A stretch of 64,000 nucleotides of DNA from a virus (lineage: Duplodnaviria; Caudoviricetes), in the IMG/VR virus record IMGVR_UViG_3300035698_029580. One strand, written 5' to 3'. This document shows positions 21,345 to 29,512 of the stretch, one piece after another; the stretch's first letter is position 1; every line of letters begins with the position of its first letter. A program made the position numbers and the translations under genes. The notes beneath the pieces are model-generated. The model saw only the letters and a list, made by a program, of their open reading frames with translations. It was not told where the DNA came from and made no database searches.

Positions 21345-21696
21345 AAAAATAGAGGAGTAACCGGGGCATTTGACAACCGAATAATAGTTTGGGCAATGAA
21401 TTATTTGGCTCACCAGACAACAAAACCACAAAACTTACAAAAATGGAGATAAAACCCATGAGTAAAAACAAAGAAACAGTGAATGTGCTATTAGAAAAAT
21501 CAAGTAAATGCGAAAAATCAGAAGACGCTATGAGGTTTTCACAAGCGGCATTGAATTGTTCACAGGCAATTCAGATATTATTTTTTGTAGAAAAAGACGA
21601 GAAAGAAGCGAAGTAGTTAGATACTAATACTTGGTGAGCCAAATGATTCATTACCCTGGTATTAGCTCTTTTTCGTAACTGAAAAAAAATAGAGGA
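21345..21696 (+). mobile_element. small inserted element: ORF enclosed by 25-bp inverted repeats, flanked by 12-bp direct repeats
   Basis: AAAAATAGAGGA at 21345-21356 and 21685-21696; inverted repeats at 21391-21415 and 21632-21656. Confidence 0.5.
21458..21616 (+). CDS. 52-aa hypothetical protein (MSKNKETV...AMRFSQAALNCSQA...)
   Basis: GGAG RBS before ATG 21458; lies inside the inverted repeats. Confidence 0.65.
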   Translation: MSKNKETVNVLLEKSSKCEKSEDAMRFSQAALNCSQAIQILFFVEKDEKEAK

Positions 21697-21724
21697 TTTT
21701 GAAAAATAGGTTAGAAATAGAAGA

Positions 21725-21798
21725 AGAGAGTGGTGTAAATAAGAGTTACTTCAATAATTTGGTATCGAAAAAAGCTTTTATTGATTGTTCCCTCTTTT
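21725..21798 (+). ncRNA. Y-RNA-like repeat 6
   Basis: GAGTGGTGTA-AATAAGAG-TTACTTC...CTTTTATT-GATTGTTCCCTC. Confidence 0.75.
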
Positions 21799-21814
21799 AT
21801 TTTTGAGAAAAATT

Positions 21815-21913
21815 ATGACTAAAAAACAACAAATAGATAGTTTACCCATGTCCAGGATTGCCTGGTCATTTGCAGGTAGACATAATGCCTGCGAAAAACC
21901 AGGAGGTCCGTGA
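21815..21913 (+). CDS. putative 32-aa leader peptide MTKKQQIDSLPMSRIAWSFAGRHNACEKPGGP
   Basis: open frame whose TGA abuts the antiterminator arm; no strong RBS. Confidence 0.55.
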   Translation: MTKKQQIDSLPMSRIAWSFAGRHNACEKPGGP

Positions 21914-21941
21914 ACTAGCCGTTAAATAAAAAGGATTTTAC

Positions 21942-21971
21942 AAGACGGCTAGAAAAAGCCGTCTTTTTTTT
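21942..21971 (+). terminator. intrinsic terminator with a competing antiterminator
   Basis: AAGACGGCT/AGCCGTCTT plus T-run; CTAGCCGT (21915-21922) can pair with ACGGCTAG (21945-21952). Confidence 0.8.
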
Positions 21972-22000
21972 ATGCAAAAATTTTTAAGGAAATAAAAAAA

Positions 22001-22186
22001 ATGGAAGTAAAAAGAAAAACAAGTGATGCCGTTAAAATCTTATATCACCGATATATTGATGGAAATCCAGAGAGAGAGAAAGCTGTGCAGACAGAACGTA
22101 TCAATGCTGATGTTGAATGCATGGTATACGAATTTTATGAATTAGCTAAGAAATATGGATTTTTAGCTCCTAAGGAGTATAAATAG
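22001..22186 (+). CDS. short protein resembling the N-terminus of XRE-type antitoxins
   Basis: TSDAVKILYHRYIDGNPER...ERINADV; no HTH follows; recognised from memory only. Confidence 0.4.
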   Translation: MEVKRKTSDAVKILYHRYIDGNPEREKAVQTERINADVECMVYEFYELAKKYGFLAPKEYK

Positions 22187-22259
22187 GGGTATAGTTTAAT
22201 TGGCCAAAATATTGGAATTTGACTCCAAAGACATATAGGTTCGAGTCCTATTGCCCCCA
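22185..22259 (+). tRNA. tRNA-Gln(UUG)
   Basis: anticodon arm TTGGA-ATTTGAC-TCCAA; T arm ATAGG-TTCGAGT-CCTAT. Confidence 0.85.
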
Positions 22260-22275
22260 TTGAAAAGTGAATAAT

Positions 22276-22381
22276 TGTTCTGTAGTGTAAGCAGTTGGTT
22301 TTAACCATAGTGGCTATAAACCAAAGTGATAGTAGCACATCTTTCTAGAAGAAGATTTAGGTGCAAATCCTAACAGAACAG
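22276..22381 (+). tRNA. atypical tRNA-like gene, possible CUA anticodon, expanded D-loop
   Basis: acceptor TGTTCTG/CAGAACA, T arm TTAGG-TGCAAAT-CCTAA, D stem GTGT/GCAC with about 46-nt loop, short arm TCT-TTCTAGA-AGA. Confidence 0.55.
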
Positions 22382-22397
22382 TTGAAAAGTGAATAAT

Positions 22398-22470
22398 TCC
22401 CGGGTAACTCAATTGTTAGAGTGACGTGCTGTTAACACGTAAGTTGGAAGTTAGAGTCTTCCTCCGGGAG
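22398..22470 (+). tRNA. tRNA-Asn(GUU)
   Basis: ACGTG-CTGTTAA-CACGT anticodon arm; full cloverleaf. Confidence 0.88.
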
Positions 22471-22555
22471 GTTTAGTTCTTTGACAAGTAAAGAGGTGTG
22501 GTTGTAATAATTGGAAATTACAGTGTTCCCCAAACACTGTTTTCTATAAATGTCT

Positions 22556-22587
22556 GCCCCCAGAGGACTTAAGTATCCTCTGGGGGT
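22556..22587. repeat. GC-rich hairpin inside the tRNA cluster
   Basis: CCCCCAGAGGA/TCCTCTGGGGG inverted repeat. Confidence 0.6.
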
Positions 22588-22598
22588 GGAGTAAATGA

Positions 22599-22669
22599 CC
22601 CATCATGGTGTAAAGGCAGCACAAAATACTGTCCATATTTAAGCCCCGGATCGTTACCGGGTGGTGGGA
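22599..22669 (+). tRNA. tRNA-Asp(GUC)
   Basis: AAATA-CTGTCCA-TATTT; acceptor CCCATCA/TGGTGGG. Confidence 0.8.
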
Positions 22670-22734
22670 TTGGTGTAATGATCGCATATGACTATGCCAC
22701 AGTCAAGGAAAGAGTTTGATTCTCTTATCCCACT
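22664..22734 (+). tRNA. tRNA-Gly(GCC), overlapping tRNA-Asp
   Basis: acceptor GTGGGAT/ATCCCAC; TGACT-ATGCCAC-AGTCA. Confidence 0.8.
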
Positions 22735-23071
22735 TTTCTATTATTTTCCAGCATTATACAAATGCTTATAATAGAGTAGATAATGAAGAAAATTGCTATA
22801 ATAAGGAAATAAAATGAAAAATATGACATTTGAATTATCACTTTTTTCAGAAAATAATTACTGTTATTCTGAAGGATATCAAATTAAGAGAGGTATTCCT
22901 GTTAATGTATATTTAGCAGATATTGTAGAATTTAATAAAAAAAAGATAATTAGATTAAATGATGGATGGGGAAATATTTTCTATACTAATGATTATAATG
23001 TTGTTAAAATGGTAGAAGGTATAAGAAAAGGAACAATTGAGAGTAAATGTACTGATAAATTAGGACATTAG

Positions 23072-23162
23072 GGCACAGTGGCAGAGTTTGGTTTATTGCG
23101 ACTGACCGCTAATCAGTTAGGCTCAGAAATGGGTCTCAAGGGTTCAAATCCTTTCTGTGCCG
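23072..23162 (+). tRNA. tRNA-Ser(GCU)
   Basis: ACTGA-CCGCTAA-TCAGT, long variable arm, G73. Confidence 0.88.
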
Positions 23163-23494
23163 TTTGTAGAATGTTGTAATTACTATATTTAAGGAAGTAA
23201 AAAAGATGCTAGAACGAGAAAATTTTATTGATGTCACTAAAGAGTATGACAAGAAAGAAGTAATTAACATAAGGAGTATCAGTAGAATAGAAGAATTTGA
23301 ATCTCCTATTAAAAATGTTCTTCATTCTAGAATTCATTTCAATAATTCTATAGAATTGTTACCAGTCAAAGAAACAGTTGCTGAGATTAATGAGAAAATT
23401 AGTCATACATATGAAATAAGAAATAGTGAATTAAAAACACTTTTATCAAGTGTATTTAAACAGAGCAAATTAGGTTCTCTTCATGTATGATAAA

Positions 23495-23575
23495 GGAGTA
23501 ATGGGAGCATGGGCTCAATCGGACTTGAAATCCGTCCCTACTGAGAGGTAGACCGTTCGATTCGGTATTACTCCG
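23495..23575 (+). tRNA. tRNA-Ser(UGA) with 8/4 (allo-tRNA-like) fold
   Basis: acceptor GGAGTAAT/ATTACTCC, T stem ACCG/CGGT, D arm GAGC-ATGG-GCTC, loop CTTGAAA. Confidence 0.75.
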
Positions 23576-24137
23576 TTAGAAATTAAAAATGAAAATATCA
23601 TATTTGTTTTTGATTGTGTTTTGGTTTTTGATATATTTATTTAATCATTATTTGATTGGATGAAGAATTGGATTGGATAATTCCTATAGTAGATTGGATT
23701 TTTTCTGGTTATAATATACTTTATATTGTTGCTTGTGTAATTGTAGGGTTGTTTATATATTATTGGGAAAAAGATGATGAGGATGAAGATTAAATAATGG
23801 ATTGGATAAGCATAAAAAATTGGTTTATTTCTGATTATAATGGATTTTATATTATATTTACTATAATGTGTTTCATTATATTTAAGTTGGTAATATATTA
23901 TAGCCAAAAGCAAAAGTGATTAATTATGACATTATCACGTAAAATATTTATTGTTAAAATATTTATTGTTATAATAGTTTTTTTGGGTACATTAGGTTAT
24001 ATGTATAAGCAAGAAAAGAAAAAAGAACAAATTATTTATAAGTTATTAGAAACTGATGAAAGTCGTAAAGATATATCTCAATCATTAATCGAAAATACAG
24101 ATAGATTTAAAAAAGAGAACGAAGAGAAAGAAAAAAA

Positions 24138-24854
24138 ATGGTAGATTACGAAGATGCTTATAAATATTTAATAGATTATGTAGATAATCATCCAGGATCT
24201 TCTGAAGAAATTATTAGCTTTTTTATTAGTAATAGAATAACGGATGATGAATTTATTCCAGTAGGGAATAGAGATGAACAGCCAGAAGATTTGATTATAG
24301 CATTATTAGAAGAGACATCTTTTAGAGAAGATTATCGGCAATTTATTTTAGATGGATGTATTATTGTTTATAATATTATAGATTTTAATCTTATTTATGA
24401 TGGAAAATATTCCATAGATGATATTGCTAAATTTGCAAAACGTCTTAGTCGTATAACTGATATGGTATCTCCATATTACAGCAATAAGAAATTAAAAAAG
24501 TATGCTGAAAAATTTCTTCATCTTATTTTAGAAAATGAAAAATATAAAAATAATAATAATTTGTTAGAATCTGCTGTTTTAGGTTTTATAGGATATGGTT
24601 ATTCAGAAGGATATGTTTCTTTATGGGAACAGCTTTTGGAGATTCCATATGTTTCAAGATATGCTTTTAATGCATTACTTCATATAATGCCACAGGATGA
24701 AAGAATAAAAAAATATCTTATTGCATTAATTCATCATGAAAAAAAGTATTATCAGGATTTCTCAATAGATTATTTTTTGAATCGAGCAGCAGAGAAACAA
24801 GGTACAAAAAAAGAAGGTGAAAAGTTTAGAGAAGAAATAATGAGAAATATTTAA
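24138..24854 (+). CDS. hypothetical helical protein
   Basis: 238-aa ORF with no recognised motif. Confidence 0.55.
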   Translation: MVDYEDAYKYLIDYVDNHPGSSEEIISFFISNRITDDEFIPVGNRDEQPEDLIIALLEETSFREDYRQFILDGCIIVYNIIDFNLIYDGKYSIDDIAKFAKRLSRITDMVSPYYSNKKLKKYAEKFLHLILENEKYKNNNNLLESAVLGFIGYGYSEGYVSLWEQLLEIPYVSRYAFNALLHIMPQDERIKKYLIALIHHEKKYYQDFSIDYFLNRAAEKQGTKKEGEKFREEIMRNI

Positions 24855-24936
24855 ATTTTAAAATAAGGACCAGGAATAATTAGTCCTCCGTAGACAATAT
24901 ACCTTCAAATGTTTATGGGACTTCCTGGTCCCTTAA

Positions 24937-25009
24937 GCTCCCATCGTCTAATGGTTTAAGATTTCTGTTTTTCAGACAGAAGATGCCGGTTCGACTCCGG
25001 CTGGGAGTA
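24937..25009 (+). tRNA. tRNA-Glu(UUC)
   Basis: TCTGT-TTTTCAG-ACAGA; canonical T arm. Confidence 0.88.
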
Positions 25010-25014
25010 GTGAA

Positions 25015-25087
25015 GTCCCTATGGTGAAAATGGATATCATATTTCTCTTCTAAAGAAATGTTCCGGGTCCGAGTCCTGGTAGGGACG
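25015..25087 (+). tRNA. tRNA-Arg(UCU)
   Basis: TTTCT-CTTCTAA-AGAAA. Confidence 0.88.
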
Positions 25088-25160
25088 TGGAAGAATTTTT
25101 ATTTCTAAAGAAGGAGTTTGAAGTTCGAATTTAGAATATAACTTTATATAGAATTTTTAT

Positions 25161-25811
25161 ATGGAGTTATATTTAATGGACAAAAAAATATGTTGTAAAT
25201 GTAAAAAAGAAAAAAAGATTAATGAATTTTACTTAAAACCAGGGAGGAAAAAAAGAAATACTTTATGTAAACCTTGTCTTTATGAAATACAAAAGAAAAG
25301 ATGGAAAGATAGAAAAATAAAAGCAGTACAATTATTAGGAGGTCAATGTCAAAGATGCGGATATGATGAAAATTATGCAGTATTTGATTTTCATCATATA
25401 AACCCAAAAGAAAAAAAAATGAATTGGGATAAACTACAAAGTTGTAGTTGGGAAAAGATAATAAAAGAATTAAAAAAATGTATTCTTTTGTGTAGCAATT
25501 GTCACAGGATAATACATTATCCTAATAATATAAAATTAGATGTAAACAATTTATCTGATAATAATTTTTTAAATATAGAACATAAGAAGTTAAAATCAAC
25601 TGGAAAATGTCCCATTTGTAAAAAAGAAGTATATGGGACAAAATATTGTTCTTTAAAATGTTCATCTTTTTCTACAAGGAGAGTTAATAGACCTATGAAA
25701 AAGACATTAGTAAAAATGATAAAAGATATGTCTTGGTGTGCTATTGGCAGAAAATATGGAGTGTCTGATAATGCTGTAAGAAAATGGGCAAAAAAATATG
25801 AGTTGATTTAG
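25161..25811 (+). CDS. HNH endonuclease with C-terminal HTH
   Basis: CQRCG...FDFHH...LLCSNCHRIIH; WCAIGRKYGVSDNAVRKW. Confidence 0.85.
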   Translation: MELYLMDKKICCKCKKEKKINEFYLKPGRKKRNTLCKPCLYEIQKKRWKDRKIKAVQLLGGQCQRCGYDENYAVFDFHHINPKEKKMNWDKLQSCSWEKIIKELKKCILLCSNCHRIIHYPNNIKLDVNNLSDNNFLNIEHKKLKSTGKCPICKKEVYGTKYCSLKCSSFSTRRVNRPMKKTLVKMIKDMSWCAIGRKYGVSDNAVRKWAKKYELI

Positions 25812-26048
25812 ATGTAGTAGAATTGGAGAAAAATTATGTTATGGATTAGTATAATAGACACAAGTTCAGATACCATAGATTTATGGGATGAAAAGCCTAA
25901 ATCATATCATTATTATGGTGAGTATTTTGTAACTTATCCATGGGAAAGAAGTCCTATAACACACGGGGCAGTAGAGAATCAAAAGAGAGAATGTATTATA
26001 AATATTCCCAAAGGATATAAAAGAAAAGTTAATTTATTTTTGTAAAAT

Positions 26049-26120
26049 ATCTCCGTAGTTTAATTGGTAAAATAGCGGTTTCCAACTCCGCAGTATGGGG
26101 TCCGAATCCTCACGGGGATG
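26049..26120 (+). tRNA. tRNA-Trp(CCA)
   Basis: GCGG(T)-TTCCAAC-(T)CCGC, G73. Confidence 0.8.
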
Positions 26121-26166
26121 TTATAAAAAATGTGAGAAAAAATGGGGTATTTTTCTCATAAAATAT

Positions 26167-26239
26167 ACTCTTGTCGTCTAATAGAAAAGGACAGCTTTCT
26201 ACGAAAAAGCAGATGGAGGTTTGAGTCCTTCCAGGAGTA
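26167..26239 (+). tRNA. tRNA-Arg(ACG)
   Basis: GCTTT-CTACGAA-AAAGC. Confidence 0.85.
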
Positions 26240-26247
26240 TTTGAAAC

Positions 26248-26320
26248 GGGGATGAAGTGTTGATGGGAACACATTTCTCTGGCAGAGAAAAAATTAGGGA
26301 TTCGACTTCCCTCATCTCCA
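26248..26320 (+). tRNA. tRNA-Ala(GGC)
   Basis: TTTCT-CTGGCAG-AGAAA; G3:U70. Confidence 0.8.
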
Positions 26321-26329
26321 GTTTATAAA

Positions 26330-26402
26330 GGGCTTGTAGCTCAGTTGGGAGAGCATTTGGTTTGCAACCAAAATGTCGTCAGTTCGATTCTGACCAGGTC
26401 CA
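26330..26402 (+). tRNA. tRNA-Ala(UGC)
   Basis: TTTGG-TTTGCAA-CCAAA; G3:U70. Confidence 0.9.
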
Positions 26403-26489
26403 TGTTAACTAAAAAAATCTAAGTAAAGGATTTGGAAAAAATATCTCGAATATTACTAGTAAGACTATGTAATATTTAGGGATATTTAA

Positions 26490-27020
26490 ATGAATTTTAA
26501 AAAGATAGTTAAGGAAAGTTTTTCTTATTCAGAGGTTGCTAGAAAAATAGGTTATAAAAGTCCTAGTGGGCAAAAGATAAAACAGTTAAAAAAAGAGTTG
26601 TCAGAATATGATACTTCTCATTTTACTAAAAATGGTAATCAAAGAAAATATTGTATAATTATAAAAAAGTGTCCGGTTTGTGGTAAAAAGTTTAAAGCTT
26701 TGAGTGGGTGTAAAAAAGAAAAAAAGACTTGTTCTTATTCGTGTTCTAATGTTTATTTCAGGTCTGGTCCCAACAATGGTAATTGGAGTGAAGATCGTTA
26801 TAGAACAACATGTTTTCATTATCATTCTAAACAATGTGTAATTTGTGGTGAAAAAAACATAGTAGAAGTTCATCACTTAGATGAAGATAAAAAGAACAAT
26901 AAGCATAGTAATTTGGTTCCTCTGTGTCCTACTCATCATCAATATTGGCACAGTAGATATAAACATTTGGTTGAAGATAAAATTTATAGGTACTCAGAAA
27001 ATCACAAAATTACGGAGTGA
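26490..27020 (+). CDS. HNH endonuclease
   Basis: CVICG...EVHHLDEDKKNN...NLVPLCPTHH. Confidence 0.88.
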   Translation: MNFKKIVKESFSYSEVARKIGYKSPSGQKIKQLKKELSEYDTSHFTKNGNQRKYCIIIKKCPVCGKKFKALSGCKKEKKTCSYSCSNVYFRSGPNNGNWSEDRYRTTCFHYHSKQCVICGEKNIVEVHHLDEDKKNNKHSNLVPLCPTHHQYWHSRYKHLVEDKIYRYSENHKITE

Positions 27021-27030
27021 GATGTTATAA

Positions 27031-27106
27031 CTGGGTGTAGCTCAGCATGGTAGAGCGTCTGGCCTGGGACCAGAAGGTTTCGCAAGTTCGAATCTTGCCA
27101 CCCAGA
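27031..27106 (+). tRNA. tRNA-Pro(UGG)
   Basis: TCTGG-CCTGGGA-CCAGA (C33). Confidence 0.88.
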
Positions 27107-27214
27107 GTTCATTAAAGCCTAATTTTAATATAATTAGTTTATATTAAGATTAGGCATTAATAACGTTTATTTTCCAGCATTATAATTTTTAGAAGAATAA
27201 GGTAAGGCTATAAT

Positions 27215-27304
27215 GCCGGGGTCGCATAGTCTGGTTGATTGCACCGGATTTGTAATCCGGATGGGTTAGTACCCCACACGTGAGTTCGAATCTCACCCTC
27301 GGCT
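27215..27304 (+). tRNA. tRNA-Thr(UGU) with long variable arm
   Basis: CCGGA-TTTGTAA-TCCGG; G1-C72, C2-G71; about 19-nt variable region. Confidence 0.8.
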
Positions 27305-28612
27305 TTTTTATTACTAAAAAATTTTATTATTTTTATTTTTTGTTATTTTCCTAAAATATGCTATTTTCCTACGCAGGAAAATGTGATATAATTGGAAAGT
27401 CATGGAGAATTATAAATTTTCCAGCATTATATTATAATTATGTATAGTGTAGAGGAATTGAAAAAATTGTTATAAATATAGGAATAACTAAAGATGGGCT
27501 TTTGTTTAGGTAATATTTTGGAAGAAATTTCTGATGAATAAATATATGAAAGAACTTTGGGAAGATTATTTAGATGAATGTCTTATTCTTCAGAAAGAAA
27601 TGGAAGATATAAAAGAAGACATTAAAAATATTAACGAGTCTGGTGAGCCTCTTGAGATTTCTTCTCTTTTTTCTATAACTGAAAGATTAGTTAATATTGT
27701 TGAAAAACTGATTTGATTATTTTTCTAAGGGAATAAATTTTGAAGAATAAAAAATTTAATTCAATAATTGAGAAAAATCTTCCTTCTTGGGTATCTAGAC
27801 AAATAATTAGATATTTTAAAGAAGGTGGTATAATAGAGACTATTATTGAAAATAACTTTTTGTATGAAGATATAGAGAGAAAATTTTTATTGGCATTAAA
27901 AAAAGAGGGAGAATTAGAAGATATAAAAGTAAGTGATATTAGAAAAGATGTAAAAGATTTATATGATATAATGGGAAAAGAGACATCCTTTAAATTTGAA
28001 AAAGAGTTTGAAAAAGAAATAGAAAAGCAATTTAGAATGATATTAAAGATTTTGAGGCAGATAGAAAAGGGAGAAATGTAGATTTTCCAGCATTATATAA
28101 AATGATGTAATAATATAGTGTTTGATTTGTGTTATAATAGGATGTACTAAGAAAGAGAGGTATTGTGATGGAGATTACGATTTATACTTATTTGTGTACT
28201 CATGGACAGTGCAGGAATGTAGAAAAGAGGTCAGGAGTTAATAATTCTCAAATTAAGTGTCCTCAGTGTGATCATCAAATGAATAAAATTAGCACAGAGA
28301 AAGTAAAGAAATAAAATGGAAGAAAAAAATAATTTAGAAGGTAGTAAATTTGCTGAAAAAGTGATTAAAAGAGAAAAGATAAAGAGTGTTTTTTCTTGGA
28401 TATTGTTATTTCCTTTTAGAGTATTAATGGCTGTATTGGGAATAGGAATACTATTCTTTTGTTTAGTATGTTTTTCTCCGTTTTTTGTTTTTATAGCCGG
28501 AATTTTATTATTGGTATTTGTTTTGGTCATATTGGTTGCGATATTGGCTATGATATTATGGATATTTAGCAAAAAATTTCGGGAAGAAATAAAAGAGAAC
28601 ATATAGGGAATA

Positions 28613-28684
28613 GGGCGTCGAAGCGGACGGTAAGCTACCTTTTTTACACGAAGGAAACACCGGGTCCAACTCCCGGGTCGCCCA
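28613..28684 (+). tRNA. tRNA-Val(UAC), atypical
   Basis: CCTTT-TTTACAC-GAAGG; T loop TCCAACT. Confidence 0.72.
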
Positions 28685-28720
28685 GTTAGAAGTAATTGTA
28701 GAATATTTTTTAAGGAGAAA

Positions 28721-29173
28721 ATGATGAAAACTCTAGGTAATATTCTTTGGTATTTCCCTTTTATGGGACTTTTTACTGCCATTTTTTATTATTTCCTGGG
28801 ACTATTTCTTACTGTTTTTGTTATCCCCTCTCCATTAGGATTGGGTTTAATGGAATATGGTAAGTTTTTATTTGCTCCATTTGGACATCAGATGATAAGC
28901 AAATATGAAATTAGCAATAAAGAGAACATAGCGTGGAAAACCTATAAAATTATCTTTTATATTTTATATATTCCCTTTGGGATTTTTGGTTCTATAGCTG
29001 CCATATTTCAAATAATTGGTTTATGTTGTACTGTTGTCGGTATTCCTGTAGCAATAGTTTTAGCTAAATCTCTTGGGACAATTTTTAATCCGATTAATAA
29101 AAAATGTGTTTCTCAAGCTGTGGTAGATGAGATAGAAAGACAAAAAGCTCAAAAAGTATTATCAAGACATTAG
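28721..29173 (+). CDS. YccF-domain inner membrane protein
   Basis: MKTLGNILW...PLGLGL...LFAPFG duplicated pattern. Confidence 0.85.
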   Translation: MMKTLGNILWYFPFMGLFTAIFYYFLGLFLTVFVIPSPLGLGLMEYGKFLFAPFGHQMISKYEISNKENIAWKTYKIIFYILYIPFGIFGSIAAIFQIIGLCCTVVGIPVAIVLAKSLGTIFNPINKKCVSQAVVDEIERQKAQKVLSRH

Positions 29174-29181
29174 AATTTCAA

Positions 29182-29252
29182 GGCTCTGTAGTTCAATGGC
29201 AGAACGGTCGGCTGATAACTGACAAACCCAGTTTCGATTACTGGTGGAGCCA
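29182..29252 (+). tRNA. tRNA-Ile(GAU)
   Basis: GTCGG-CTGATAA-CTGAC. Confidence 0.88.
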
Positions 29253-29512
29253 TGTATTAATTTTCCAGCATTATAAAAATTGGGAGAATAAACTATGAAG
29301 AAACGAGAAAAATTAGAAATTAGTAAAATACGTTGGGTTCCTGATGAACCTTTAGAAGAAAGTTTAGAAGAAATCTCATCATATGCCATGCAAGGTTCAT
29401 TTCCTACTAGATTAAGTGTAATTAAATTTACTAAAGAAATGTTCGAGGATGAGGAAGATCCTATTGTAGCAAGAAAAGTTAAAATAACAATTACTGTTGA
29501 GGAAATAGACAA

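Noticed and set aside
21362-21680. tmRNA suggested by a GGGGC start and an internal ORF
   Set aside because: No T arm or acceptor-like 3' end, and the ORF has its own ATG and RBS.
18712-21798. CRISPR array interpretation of the repeats after TROVE
   Set aside because: Each unit is a self-pairing hairpin with covarying stems, spacing is irregular and genes intervene. These are not identical direct repeats with uniform spacers.
22492-22540. Seventh Y-like repeat or tRNA-Gly(CCC) fragment
   Set aside because: It has GGTGTGG...TGTTCCCC and two small hairpins but lacks TACTTC and any T arm; too ambiguous to call.
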